Shown: positions 9,256 through 18,846 of the stretch, piece after piece
How positions within the stretch are numbered: the first letter of the stretch is position 1
How the letters are laid out: the number at the start of each line of letters is the position of its first letter
Assembly (NCBI RefSeq): GCF_900105015.1
Contig: NZ_FNLK01000012.1
Location: 30,001 to 62,000 of the forward strand
DNA from: Schaalia meyeri
GTDB taxonomy: Bacteria > Actinomycetota > Actinomycetes > Actinomycetales > Actinomycetaceae
DNA: 32,000 bases
Direction: 5' to 3'
Notes under the pieces: model-generated
Databases searched by the model: none
What the model saw: the letters and a program-made list of their open reading frames with translations, nothing else
Told to the model about the DNA's origin: nothing
Position numbers and translations under genes: made by a program

Positions 9256-10301
9256 GCACCTGCTCCGTCCCCTCCGACGCCGTCTCTCCCGCTGCTCCCA
9301 AGCGGCGCACCGGGGCGTTCATCTCCCCCGCTGCCTCCAGACGCTGGTGGCTCATCTTCGGCTGCGTGTGTGCCGTCGCACTCCTGGCGTGCATCGGGCT
9401 GATCGCGTGGAAGAACCCCGCACAATTCGGCACCCCCGTCTTTTGGCGCCTGGCACGCAGGCGCGCGTTCGCTGTCCTGGCAATCAGTATCGTCGCCGTG
9501 TGCCAGGGGATGGCAACCGTCGCCTTCCAGACGGTGGCCAACAATCGCATCATCACCCCCTCGATCCTGGGTTTTGAGTCCCTGTACCGGGCGATCCACA
9601 CCTCCACGATCTTTTTCCTGGGTGTGGCCGGCCTCAACGCCTCCGCCACCGTCGGGAACTTCATCGGTCAGCTGGTCCTCATGGTCGCCCTGACGCTCGT
9701 GCTCTACTCGTGGCTGTTGACCTCCCAGCGCGCCTCAATGCACGCGATGCTGCTCATCGGCGTCATGCTGGGAGCAGGCCTGGGGTCGGTGTCAACGTTC
9801 ATGCAGCGCCTGCTCACCCCCTCCGAGTTCGACGTGCTCACCGCCCGCCTCTTTGGTTCTATCGCCAACGCCCAGAAGGAGTACTACCCGATCGCGGTGC
9901 CGCTCGTCGTGATCGCGGCGACCGCCCTGGTACTCATGACGCGCCACCTGTCGGTGCTGTCCCTGGGCCGCGAGACGGCCACCAATCTGGGGGTGAACCA
10001 CCGTCGAACGTCGGTCACAGTCCTCGTGTTGGTCTCGATCCTCATGGCCACCTCGACGGCCCTCGTGGGTCCGATGACGTTCCTGGGATTCCTCGTGGCA
10101 ACGCTCGCCTACCAGTTCTCTGGCACGCACGATCACCGCTACATTTTCGCGATGTCCGTCGCGCTGGGCGCCGCGATCCTATCCGGCGCGTATTTCTTCA
10201 TGAATCACGTGTTCAACACGCAGGGCGTCGTGTCCATCATCATCGAGTTCGTCGGCGGACTCGCGTTCATCATCACAATCCTGCGGAAGGGTCGCCTATG
10301 A
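9252..10301 (+). CDS. Iron-chelate ABC transporter permease (FecCD family), second subunit
   Basis: The GTG start overlaps the upstream stop (GTGA). Segments LSLGRETATNLGVNHRR and VGPMTFLGFLV are typical of FecCD. Confidence 0.85.
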   Translation: MSTCSVPSDAVSPAAPKRRTGAFISPAASRRWWLIFGCVCAVALLACIGLIAWKNPAQFGTPVFWRLARRRAFAVLAISIVAVCQGMATVAFQTVANNRIITPSILGFESLYRAIHTSTIFFLGVAGLNASATVGNFIGQLVLMVALTLVLYSWLLTSQRASMHAMLLIGVMLGAGLGSVSTFMQRLLTPSEFDVLTARLFGSIANAQKEYYPIAVPLVVIAATALVLMTRHLSVLSLGRETATNLGVNHRRTSVTVLVLVSILMATSTALVGPMTFLGFLVATLAYQFSGTHDHRYIFAMSVALGAAILSGAYFFMNHVFNTQGVVSIIIEFVGGLAFIITILRKGRL

Positions 10302-11053
10302 TCTCCATTGATTCCGTCGTCAAGCAGTACTCGCCATCGGTTCGCATCGGCTCCATCTCCCTGACCATCCCCGCCGGCGGAATCACCGCGCTCGTGGGTC
10401 CCAATGGCGCGGGAAAATCGACCCTCCTGACGATGATCGGTCGTCTCCTCGGCATCGATGAAGGCGTGATCGAGGTCGGCGGCCTGAACGTGGCCACGAC
10501 GAAGTCGGCAGAGCTGGCGCGTACGCTGTCGATCCTGCGCCAGGAAAACCACTTCATCTCCCGCCTAACCGTGCGTCAGCTGGTTGGCTTCGGGCGTTTT
10601 CCTCATACCCGCGGGCGTCTGACCGGCGAAGACGAGGACATCATCGACCGCTACATCGGTTTTTTGGATCTGGAGGACCTGCAGGGGCGCTACCTGGATC
10701 AGCTCTCGGGGGGACAGCGCCAGCGCGCCTACGTCGCCATGGTACTCGCCCAGGAGACGGATTACGTGCTGCTGGACGAACCGCTCAACAACCTCGATAT
10801 CGCGCGCAGCGTCGAGATGATGACCATGCTGGAGCGCGCCGCCCGCGAGTTTGAACGCACGATCGTGATCGTCCTGCACGACATTAACTTCGCAGCCCGC
10901 TACGCCTCACAGATCTGCGCGCTCAAGGACGGCACGGTCGCCTACGCGGGCACCCCGAGCGAGATCATGAAGGACGAGGTGCTCACCGCCATTTTCGACA
11001 CCCCCGTGACGGTGATCCCCGGCCCGCAAGGTCCGATGGCTTGCTACTTCTGA
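10298..11053 (+). CDS. Iron-chelate ABC transporter ATP-binding protein
   Basis: ATGA overlap with the permease. Walker A GPNGAGKST, signature LSGGQRQR, Walker B VLLDEP. Confidence 0.92.
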   Translation: MISIDSVVKQYSPSVRIGSISLTIPAGGITALVGPNGAGKSTLLTMIGRLLGIDEGVIEVGGLNVATTKSAELARTLSILRQENHFISRLTVRQLVGFGRFPHTRGRLTGEDEDIIDRYIGFLDLEDLQGRYLDQLSGGQRQRAYVAMVLAQETDYVLLDEPLNNLDIARSVEMMTMLERAAREFERTIVIVLHDINFAARYASQICALKDGTVAYAGTPSEIMKDEVLTAIFDTPVTVIPGPQGPMACYF

Positions 11054-11188
11054 GCCGCCGGGATCGCCTGCGGTTATCGCACCGTACGCCCCCACGCCAT
11101 CGCGAGGCCGCCGCCCGGTAAAATGGGGTGGCAGCCCTCGCCGCAAGCGTGAAACGGCTGTGAAACAACTTCGTCCCTGGGGGTTCCC

Positions 11189-11563
11189 GTGTCAGTCGCA
11201 CTGCTCCTCCTCTTCCTCCTCCTCTCCGTGACGCTCGTCGCGGGCGGGCTGTACCTCTTTGTTTCGGGCCTGACCGCGCGCGCGAACGCGTGTCGGCCTC
11301 CCCTGGGCCTGCGGCTACCCGGCGTCGAACACGGTTCCCGCGAGTGGGAGCGCGCCCACCGCAGCTCCTGGCCGATCCTCTTCGGCGGAGGCGTCCTGGG
11401 CACCGCTCACGCTCTCGCGCTGGCCGCGACGGCCCCCACGGCAGCGCATGCCTCCGTGGGGGCCGTTTTTGCCGTGTCGGGCGTTATCGTCGAGGTAGGC
11501 CTGTGGATGGTGGCCCGGGCGGCGGGTAAGGCGTCACTACGGTCGCGCGACACGAGCCGGTGA
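11189..11563 (+). CDS. Hypothetical small membrane protein (about 3 hydrophobic segments)
   Basis: GTG start. Hydrophobic stretches VALLLLFLLLSVTLVAGGLYLFVSGL, WPILFGGGVLGTAHALALAA, VGAVFAVSGVIVEVGLWMVA. I recognise no family motif. Confidence 0.4.
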   Translation: MSVALLLLFLLLSVTLVAGGLYLFVSGLTARANACRPPLGLRLPGVEHGSREWERAHRSSWPILFGGGVLGTAHALALAATAPTAAHASVGAVFAVSGVIVEVGLWMVARAAGKASLRSRDTSR

Positions 11564-11636
11564 CCGCGTGGCATAGCGGAGATGGCGTGGCGCGCCGCTT
11601 TCGAGGCGAGAAAGCCCAGGCTCCTCGGGCCAGTCC

Positions 11637-11999
11637 CTAGCGCTCGCGCTGATCGAGCATGTACAGGGCCAGCTTGGAAGGTTCGAGAGCGCGGACAGCG
11701 TGCGGCAGTCGCGTCCCGAAGTGGATAACGTCGCCGGGCCGCAGGACCACGGTCCGTCCGTCGGCCTCGATTTCGATCGATCCCTCCAGGGTGTGCAGGA
11801 TGACGGGCATCGCAGCGGTGTGCTCGCTGAGAATCTCACCCGTATCGAAGCTGAAGAGGACCAGGCGGACGCCCTCGGCGTGCATGACCGTGCGCGAGAC
11901 CGTGGCCCCCTCGTTGATTTGAACCATCGAGGCGACGTCCTGCAGGTCCGTCATGATGGGCGTGGGGACCTCAACGTTTGATTCGGGCGACAGGCTCAT
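11637..11999 (-). CDS. Cupin domain protein
   Basis: 120 aa with a cupin-2 pattern (GEILSEHTAAMPVILHTLEGSIEIEADGRTVVLRPGDVIHFGTRLPHAV). ATGA overlap with the upstream methyltransferase. Confidence 0.8.
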   Translation of the reverse strand: MSLSPESNVEVPTPIMTDLQDVASMVQINEGATVSRTVMHAEGVRLVLFSFDTGEILSEHTAAMPVILHTLEGSIEIEADGRTVVLRPGDVIHFGTRLPHAVRALEPSKLALYMLDQRER

Positions 12000-12817
12000 T
12001 GTTCCTCCATCGGTTTACGCGCGACGATCGCGACGCCACACAGATTACGGTCGTACTTTTTAAACGTGCGCGCCATCGACACGACGCGGCTGCGCAAATC
12101 CTTATCTCGCGCGATGTTGCGGATGATACGCAGGGCGCCGCCCAGCCCCTCGTCGGCGATCAGGCGCCCCGGTTTGAGCAGGGCCATCGGGGCCGTGCGG
12201 GTCTCTTCGACGACCAGGCCGGACTCTTCGAGGAATGCTCGCCAGTCGGCGACCGTCAGGGGCCTGGCGTTGACGTTAATGCTGCGCGCCAGGGCGCGGC
12301 GGATGTCGGTGGCGGCGTCATCTGCGATGTTGTTGGGCGTCATCGCCAGCTCGTGGATCACGTAGCGGCCTCCCGGACGCAGGATACGAGCGGCCTCGCC
12401 CGCGATGGCGCGCTTGGCTTTCTCTCCCTGCATGGTCAGCATCGCCTCGCCGACAACGACGTCCGCAGATTCATCCGGCAGTCCGGTCTCGGCGGCGTCC
12501 GCGTTGACGCAGCGGCCGACGCTCGAGACGATGGCGTCGACCCGCGCGGAGGCATTCGGATCGCGCTCGACGCCGACGTACGAGGCGGGGCCGACGGCGA
12601 CGATCGCGGCGGCCGTAACGCCCATGCCGGGGGCGAATTCGACGACGTCTGCGCCCGGCAGGCTAGCGCGCTTCAGCGCCCAGGTGCTCAGGGCGAGCCC
12701 CCCGGGGCGCAGTACCTTCTTTCCGGCCCGCGCCAGCACCCAGTGGCCGGGCGCCTTGTCGACGGGCCGATCAGCGAAGGGAAGGGCCTCCGCCGGCATT
12801 TCTGCGTGAGTAACCAT
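11996..12817 (-). CDS. Class I SAM-dependent methyltransferase
   Basis: Motif I VVEFAPGMG, the post-motif ILRPGGRYVIHEL, and a 273-aa length. There is no obvious RBS. TATACT lies 7 nt upstream of the ATG, so the transcript may be leaderless. Confidence 0.82.
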   Translation of the reverse strand: MVTHAEMPAEALPFADRPVDKAPGHWVLARAGKKVLRPGGLALSTWALKRASLPGADVVEFAPGMGVTAAAIVAVGPASYVGVERDPNASARVDAIVSSVGRCVNADAAETGLPDESADVVVGEAMLTMQGEKAKRAIAGEAARILRPGGRYVIHELAMTPNNIADDAATDIRRALARSINVNARPLTVADWRAFLEESGLVVEETRTAPMALLKPGRLIADEGLGGALRIIRNIARDKDLRSRVVSMARTFKKYDRNLCGVAIVARKPMEEQ

Positions 12818-12901
12818 ATACGCAAGTATAGCGTTAACTATTTCCCTGCGCAGGGCGCGAACACACGAGAAACGCCGACGAAGACCCCCGGTGGGCAGCT
12901 C

Positions 12902-14575
12902 CTACAGGCCGATGACCTCGGCGAATTCGCGCTTGATGGTCTCCAGGCGATCACGCGCCGTATTCCACGGGACTTCCTCGCCATCGGCCACCGGCACGAT
13001 GACCTCCAGGTAACACTTGAGCTTCGGCTCCGTGCCCGACGGTCGGGCGATCACGCGATCGCCGTCGCGGGTGAGGACCAGCACGCCGTCCGTGGGAGGC
13101 AGCCCCTGGTACCCCTCGGACAAATCCGATACCTCAACGACCGGCGAGCCCGCCAGGACGCTGGGCGGCTGAGCGCGCAGGCGCGCCATGCCCTGGGCGA
13201 TCTGATCGAGTTCCTCGACCCGGAAAGTCAGCGGTCCACTCACGTGCAGGCCGTGCAGGCGCGCCAGCCTGTCCAGTTCGTCCCACGCGCTGCGGTTGGC
13301 GGCTTTGAGTGAGGCGGCCATCGACGCGGCGACCACGGACGTCGCGATGCCGTCCTTGTCGCGCACGATGGCGGGATTCGGGCAAAAGCCGATGGCTTCC
13401 TCGTATCCGAAGGCCAGCGAGGGGGCGCGGGCGATCCACTTGAAACCGGTGAGGGTCGTGTGGTGGGCCAGTTTGTGCGCGCTGGCGATCCGTCCGAGCA
13501 GGCGCGAGGAGACGATCGAGTTCGCGAGCGAACCGTCAAGCCCGCGCGCGGCCAGGAACTCACCCAGGAGGCACCCGATCTGGTCACCGCTCAACGGCCG
13601 CCAACCCGTTTGCGAGGAGGGGTCCGGGACCGCAAGCGCGCACCGGTCCGCGTCGGGATCGACCGCGATGATGAGGTCTGCGTCCTGTTCGCGCGCCTGC
13701 TCGATCGCCATGTCGAGCGCGCCTGCTTCCTCGGGGTTGGGGAAGGGAACGGTCGGGAAGTCCGGGTCCGGGTCGGCCTGAGCCGCCACCTGCGTCACGT
13801 TGGTGAAACCGGCCTCGCGCAGGACGCGCGAGGTGATCGCGGAGCCCACGCCGTGCATGGCGGTCAAGACAATGCGCAGTCCCTCGCGCGCCGCGGCGTC
13901 CCCCGAGGCCAATGCTACGGCGGAGACCACGTATTCGTCGCGGGGGTCGACCGCCTCGATCAGGTCGTCGTTCATCGGAACCTGGTCGGCGGGCGGGGTG
14001 GCCTCGATCGCCTGGGCGATCTCGGCATCGAAGGGCGGGACGATCTGGACGCCCTGCCCGTCGCCGGTGACGACGGTGCCGCCCAGGTAGACCTTGTACC
14101 CGTTGTCGGGGGCGGGGTTGTGCGAGGCCGTCACCATGACGCCCGCGTCCGCGTTGAAGTGCCGCACCGCAAAAGCGGTGAGCGGTGTCGGATTCGCCTG
14201 GGGCAGGGCGAGGACCCGCACGCCGGCGGCCGACGCGACGCGGCACGCGGCCGTGGCGAACTCGGAGGATCCGTAGCGGGCGTCGCATCCAACGACCAGG
14301 GTCGGGGTCCCCGTTGCGTGACGCTTGATGACCTCGCACAGCCCGGCGGTGGCGCGGATGACGACCGCCAGGTTCATCCGTGACTCTCCCGGTCCGACGA
14401 CGCCGCGCAGGCCCGCGGTGCCGAACTGGAGGGGGCCGTTCATGGCCGCGCGAACGCGGCCCCGCGCCGCCTCATCGCCGCGCTGGGCGGCCTCAATGTC
14501 GGCTGTCAGGGCCGCGGCCGTCGCCGGGTCAGGGTCGTGCTGTGCCCACTGCTGGGCGCGATCAAGAATTTCCAT
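12902..14575 (-). CDS. Phospho-sugar mutase (alpha-D-phosphohexomutase superfamily), probable phosphopentomutase role by context
   Basis: Active-site loop VTASHNPAPDNGYKVY, metal loop AVDPDADRCA, sugar loop GYEEAIGF. It follows deoD-deoC directly. Confidence 0.9.
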   Translation of the reverse strand: MEILDRAQQWAQHDPDPATAAALTADIEAAQRGDEAARGRVRAAMNGPLQFGTAGLRGVVGPGESRMNLAVVIRATAGLCEVIKRHATGTPTLVVGCDARYGSSEFATAACRVASAAGVRVLALPQANPTPLTAFAVRHFNADAGVMVTASHNPAPDNGYKVYLGGTVVTGDGQGVQIVPPFDAEIAQAIEATPPADQVPMNDDLIEAVDPRDEYVVSAVALASGDAAAREGLRIVLTAMHGVGSAITSRVLREAGFTNVTQVAAQADPDPDFPTVPFPNPEEAGALDMAIEQAREQDADLIIAVDPDADRCALAVPDPSSQTGWRPLSGDQIGCLLGEFLAARGLDGSLANSIVSSRLLGRIASAHKLAHHTTLTGFKWIARAPSLAFGYEEAIGFCPNPAIVRDKDGIATSVVAASMAASLKAANRSAWDELDRLARLHGLHVSGPLTFRVEELDQIAQGMARLRAQPPSVLAGSPVVEVSDLSEGYQGLPPTDGVLVLTRDGDRVIARPSGTEPKLKCYLEVIVPVADGEEVPWNTARDRLETIKREFAEVIGL

Positions 14576-14581
14576 GGTGCA

Positions 14582-15235
14582 TCAGTCCTCCAGTCCCGCC
14601 AAAATTGCGTTGGTAGCCGAGACGCCCAGGCGGGTGGCACCGGCCTCGATCATTGCGAGCGCAGAAGCGGCGTCGCGGATGCCTCCGGATGCCTTGACCC
14701 CCAGGGAATCCCCGACGGTGGCACGCATCAGAGCGACCGCGTGGGTCGACGCGCCACCGGCCGGGTGGAACCCCGTGGATGTCTTAACGAAGTCCGCACC
14801 CGCTTGCATCGCCGCCTTGCAGGCCTCAACGATCTCGTCGTCCGTGAGGGCTGCGGATTCGATGATGACCTTCAGGATGCGGGGGGCGGGGACGGCCCGG
14901 CGAACGGCAGCGATCTCCTCCTCCAGATCGCGGAATCGACCATCCTTGACCAGCTCGATGTTGATGACCATGTCGATCTCGTCGGCCCCATCCGCGACCG
15001 CCTGCGCCGCCTCGAAGGCCTTGACCTGCGGCTTGACGGCGCCGGAGGGGAAGCCGACCACGCAGGCCACCTTCAGGGTCTCGGGCACGTCAAGGGGCAG
15101 CATGGACGGCGACACGCACACGGAGTAGGTTCCGGCCTGCGCGCCCTCACAGACGATGCGTTGAACGTCCGCAACGGTGGCTTCCGGCTTGAGGATTGTG
15201 TGGTCGATCATCGCGGCCACGTCACGCTTATTCAT
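14582..15235 (-). CDS. deoC: Deoxyribose-phosphate aldolase
   Basis: [12 protein letters not shown] and the Schiff-base lysine context [22 protein letters not shown] before the ATG at 15235. Confidence 0.92.
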   Translation of the reverse strand: MNKRDVAAMIDHTILKPEATVADVQRIVCEGAQAGTYSVCVSPSMLPLDVPETLKVACVVGFPSGAVKPQVKAFEAAQAVADGADEIDMVINIELVKDGRFRDLEEEIAAVRRAVPAPRILKVIIESAALTDDEIVEACKAAMQAGADFVKTSTGFHPAGGASTHAVALMRATVGDSLGVKASGGIRDAASALAMIEAGATRLGVSATNAILAGLED

Positions 15236-15255
15236 TGGGCAGCCTTCTCCTCGTC

Positions 15256-15963
15256 TCACAGCGCTGCCAGAGGCAGGGCAAGCTCCATCATGGTCGTGAA
15301 GGCGGTCTGCCGAGACTGCGCATCCGTGACCTCGCCGGTGACCAGGGAGTCCGAGACGGTAAACATGCCCAGGGCCTCAACCCCCGCGTCGGCGGCGGTG
15401 GCGTACAGACCGGCGGTTTCCATTTCAACGGCGAGGATGCCCATGCGCTTCCACCCGTCGTTGAAATTCGGGTTCGCGTTGTAAAAGACGTCGGAGGACA
15501 AAATGTTACCGACGTGGAACGGGACGTTTTCCTCGCGGGCGCGGCGCACCACGTCATCGATCAGGCGGAAGGACCCGATCGGAGCAAAGGAGCCGGGAAG
15601 CTGATACTGATCCATGAACGCCGAGTTCGTGCACGCGCCCTGGGCGATCACGACGTCGTACAGGTGCATGTCGGGCTGCAGGGATCCGCACGTGCCCACG
15701 CGGATCAGGCGCTTGCATCCGAACATGTGGATGAGCTCGTAGGCGTACAGGGAGATGGACGGGATGCCCATGCCGGACCCCATGACGGATACGGGCGTGC
15801 CCTGGAAGGTGCCGGTGAAACCGAGCATGTTACGCACCGCGTTGAATTGGCGGACGTCCTCCAGGTAGGTCTCGGCGATGAACTTCGCACGCAGGGGATC
15901 TCCCGGCAGCAGAATCGTCTCCGCGATGGGAGCGGTGGGGTCAATGTGCGGTGTGGAACGCAT
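15256..15963 (-). CDS. deoD: Purine nucleoside phosphorylase, DeoD type
   Basis: [54 protein letters not shown] before the ATG at 15963. Confidence 0.92.
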   Translation of the reverse strand: MRSTPHIDPTAPIAETILLPGDPLRAKFIAETYLEDVRQFNAVRNMLGFTGTFQGTPVSVMGSGMGIPSISLYAYELIHMFGCKRLIRVGTCGSLQPDMHLYDVVIAQGACTNSAFMDQYQLPGSFAPIGSFRLIDDVVRRAREENVPFHVGNILSSDVFYNANPNFNDGWKRMGILAVEMETAGLYATAADAGVEALGMFTVSDSLVTGEVTDAQSRQTAFTTMMELALPLAAL

Positions 15964-16051
15964 GTGTCGTGTCCTCCATTGTGTCAGGGAGCCGTGGGCT
16001 CCGTTAGGCATCTTTACCTGTGTGACAAGGCTATGCCTTGCATTATGAATG

Positions 16052-16071
16052 TGTCAACGATTGCTTTGACA
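16052..16071. promoter_or_regulatory. Inverted repeat TGTCAA-N8-TTGACA overlapping the deoR stop, upstream of deoD
   Basis: Perfect 6-bp arms read directly from the sequence. Two further short perfect inverted repeats follow towards deoD: CAAGGC-TAT-GCCTTG at 16026-16040 and GGAGCC-GTG-GGCTCC at 15988-16002. Confidence 0.25.
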
Positions 16072-17061
16072 ATTGTTCTCATCCTGCGGGGTGTCGTTGC
16101 ACACCCTCTGCGGGATGTCCTCGCCTCGCCTATCGAGCAGCGCGAGGGCCAGGTCCTGATCGACCACGAGGTGCGTGGCCAACCCCATGTGCAGCGCCGC
16201 CGCCAGCGCCTCCGCTTTCGCCCGACCGCCAGCGACCAACAGGCGCACGGGCCGGGAGCTCAAGTCCTCCAGGGAGATGCTGACCGTGCGCCGTTCGATC
16301 GCGGGAAGCGCGACAGTCCCAGACTCCGTAAAGAAGTGGGAAAACACGTCGCCCACGGCGTCGCGCAGCAGCGCGTCCACCTCCGCAACGTCCAGCTGCC
16401 CGAGGTTCAGGGAAATCACCTCGCGTCCCATCGACCCGACGGTGAAGACGGCAACGTCAACACCCCGCCCCTCCTCCAGGATCTTTGCGATCGCCCGGTC
16501 CTGGCACACGATCGATAGCGTCGCCGTGTCCTGGAAGATAACGGGAAGCGGCAGGTAGCGCGGCTCGGCCGAGAAGGCTTCGCAGAACGCCCGCATGACC
16601 TCGAAGTCATGCGTTGCGCGCTCGGAAAAGGAAGTTCCCCCCTTGAGCTGGACAACCCGCACCCCCGCGCGAGGAGATCGAGCGAGGTGGGCGGCGACCG
16701 CATTCATCGTGCGACCCCAGGAGATGCCCACGCTCATGCCGTCGTGCACCAGCTGGCTTACCAGGGTCGCGCCGACGCGGCCAACCTGATCAATGGCCTC
16801 GTCCTCGTTCATTGCGCGACCGTGGGCGACACGCACGCAGGCCAGCCCGTAGCGCTGTTCCAGGCGTGCCGCCAGCTCGGAAGCTTCGTCACGCGGATCG
16901 TGTATTTCGATGGTCACGAAGCCGCGCGCGTGGCCGTGCGCCAGGAGCTTGGCCACGGTGGGGCGTGAGCACCCCATTCGGGAGGCGACCTCGGCTTGGC
17001 TCAAGTTCTGCTGGTAGTAGAGCTTGAGAGCCTCGATTGATTGCTCGTCTCGCTTCTCCAC
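16054..17061 (-). CDS. deoR: SorC/DeoR-family sugar-phosphate-binding transcriptional regulator
   Basis: The N-terminus EQSIEALKLYYQQNLSQAEVASRMGCSRPTVAKLLAHGHARGFVTIEIHDP closely parallels Bacillus DeoR as I recall it. The C-terminal part is a SorC-type sugar-binding domain. The gene is embedded in the deo cluster. Confidence 0.85.
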   Translation of the reverse strand: MEKRDEQSIEALKLYYQQNLSQAEVASRMGCSRPTVAKLLAHGHARGFVTIEIHDPRDEASELAARLEQRYGLACVRVAHGRAMNEDEAIDQVGRVGATLVSQLVHDGMSVGISWGRTMNAVAAHLARSPRAGVRVVQLKGGTSFSERATHDFEVMRAFCEAFSAEPRYLPLPVIFQDTATLSIVCQDRAIAKILEEGRGVDVAVFTVGSMGREVISLNLGQLDVAEVDALLRDAVGDVFSHFFTESGTVALPAIERRTVSISLEDLSSRPVRLLVAGGRAKAEALAAALHMGLATHLVVDQDLALALLDRRGEDIPQRVCNDTPQDENNCQSNR

Positions 17062-17102
17062 GCTTCCTCCTTCCCCGCGCTGTCCGCGCCCGCGCGCCGC
17101 TC

Positions 17103-18389
17103 CTACGACACCGTCTCTAGGACGACGCTGCGAGGCTCACAGGCACCCCCCTCGACGATCTCGATCGCGCCGGTGAGAGTCTCCACCGCTCGCTCGATGC
17201 GCCACTCGTCGTCGGTGTGGAGCGTGAGTATGGGGTCCCCCGCTCGTACCTTCTCACCCGGCTTGGCGTGGATCTCGACGCCGGCACCGGCCTGCACGGG
17301 ATCCTCCTTGACGGCACGCCCCGCGCCGAGGCGCCACGAGGCCACGCCCACGGATAGCGCGTCCATGCCGACGACCGTCCCATCGGCCTCGGCGAGCACC
17401 TGGTGCGTGTGAGCGGCGCGAGGCAGCGGCGCTTCCGGGTCACCACCCTGCTCGCGGATCATGTCACGCCAGCGGTCCATCGCGCGGCCGTCGCCAAGAG
17501 CGGCCTCAACGTCCGCGTCGTGGACGCCCGCCAGATCCAGCATGTTCCTGGCGAGTTCGCAGGTCAGCTCGACGACGTCGGCGGGGCCGCCGCCCGCGAG
17601 AACCTCGACGGATTCCTCGACCTCCAACGCGTTACCAATCTTGCGTCCCAGAGGCACGGACATGTCGGTCAGCAGGGCGCGCGTGGCGACCCCCGCGTCG
17701 CGCCCCAGGTCCACCATGGTGCGCGCCAGCTCGCGCGCGGTGTCCAGATCCTTCATGAAGGCACCCGACCCGACCTTCACGTCGAGGACGAGAGCGCCGG
17801 TGCCCTCCGCGATCTTCTTGCTCATGATGGAGCTGGAGATGAGCGGAATCGACTCCACGGTGGATGTGATGTCGCGCAGCGCATACAGCTTCTTGTCCGC
17901 GGGAGCCAGCCCGGAGCCGGCCGCGCAGATGACCGCGCCGCACCCTGTCCCCAGCTGCGTCATGATCTCCTCGTTGCTCAGCTGCGCCCGCCAACCGGGA
18001 ATCGACTCCAGTTTGTCCAGAGTACCGCCCGTGTGCCCCAGGCCTCGGCCCGACAGCTGGGGGACGGAAACCCCGAAGCAGGCGACGAGCGGGGCGAGGG
18101 GCAGCGTAATCTTGTCCCCCACGCCCCCGGTCGAATGCTTGTCGGCGGTGGGCTTGCCAATGCCGGAGAAGTCCATGCGCTCACCCGAACGAATCATCGC
18201 ATCCGTCCAGCGGGCGATCTCGGCGCGGTTCATTCCGCGCAGGAAGATCGCCATGGCCAGGGCGGCCATCTGCTCGTCCTTGATGACGCCGGAGGTGTAG
18301 GCGTCGATCGTCCAATCGATTTGCTCGGGGGTCAGGGTTCCCCCATCGCGTTTCGTGCGAATAATGTCAACGGCGTCAAAGATCGCCAT
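17103..18389 (-). CDS. deoA: Thymidine/pyrimidine-nucleoside phosphorylase
   Basis: MAIFDAVDIIRTKRDGG, HSTGGVGDKITL, SGRGLGHTGGTLDKLE. AGAAGGAAA RBS before the ATG at 18389. Confidence 0.93.
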   Translation of the reverse strand: MAIFDAVDIIRTKRDGGTLTPEQIDWTIDAYTSGVIKDEQMAALAMAIFLRGMNRAEIARWTDAMIRSGERMDFSGIGKPTADKHSTGGVGDKITLPLAPLVACFGVSVPQLSGRGLGHTGGTLDKLESIPGWRAQLSNEEIMTQLGTGCGAVICAAGSGLAPADKKLYALRDITSTVESIPLISSSIMSKKIAEGTGALVLDVKVGSGAFMKDLDTARELARTMVDLGRDAGVATRALLTDMSVPLGRKIGNALEVEESVEVLAGGGPADVVELTCELARNMLDLAGVHDADVEAALGDGRAMDRWRDMIREQGGDPEAPLPRAAHTHQVLAEADGTVVGMDALSVGVASWRLGAGRAVKEDPVQAGAGVEIHAKPGEKVRAGDPILTLHTDDEWRIERAVETLTGAIEIVEGGACEPRSVVLETVS

Positions 18390-18846
18390 CGTTTCCTTCT
18401 TTCGTTGCTGACGAGGCCGGCGCGGGCGTCGCACCGACACTGTCCAGGTCGTGGGGGCCGAACGCGCCGGGCAGGACGTCGCTCATCGCGGTGACGCCGC
18501 CCGGCATGAGCACCAGGCAGGAGGGTCCGCCGTGCTCAACGATGAGCTGGCGGCACCTCCCGCACGGAGAGACGGGCACGGCGTCACCGTTCACGGCGAC
18601 GACCGCGACCAGCGCGCCCCCGCCGGAACGGATCAGGTCGGACACCATGCCGCACTCGGCACACAGCGTCACCCCATAGCCCGCGTTCTCGACGTTGCAC
18701 CCGCTCACGATCCGCCCGTCGTCCGCCAATCCGGCGGCACCGACCGGGAATCCCGAGTAGGGGCAATAGGCCCGCTTCATCGCGTCGATGGCGACGCCCA
18801 GCAGCGCATCCCAATCGATCGAGCGCATCGCCTCCACGTCCTTCAC
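18376..18846 (-). CDS. cdd: Cytidine deaminase
   Basis: Zinc motifs CAECGM and PCGRCRQ, plus AYCPYSGFPVGAA. The GTG start at 18846 overlaps the permease stop (GTGA). An alternative ATG lies at 18828. Confidence 0.9.
   Translation of the reverse strand: MKDVEAMRSIDWDALLGVAIDAMKRAYCPYSGFPVGAAGLADDGRIVSGCNVENAGYGVTLCAECGMVSDLIRSGGGALVAVVAVNGDAVPVSPCGRCRQLIVEHGGPSCLVLMPGGVTAMSDVLPGAFGPHDLDSVGATPAPASSATKEGNDGDL

Noticed and set aside
12844-12855. Perfect 12-bp palindrome CCCTGCGCAGGG between the mutase stop and the methyltransferase start
   Set aside because: As a hairpin it would have a 5-bp stem and a 2-nt loop, which is sterically poor. It is too short to call a terminator or operator without conservation data.
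11978-13312. 444-aa plus-strand ORF across the methyltransferase and the phospho-sugar mutase
   Set aside because: It is antisense to two well-supported genes and crosses their intergenic gap. The sequence is low-complexity and Arg/Gly/Asp-rich, so I treat it as a high-GC artefact.
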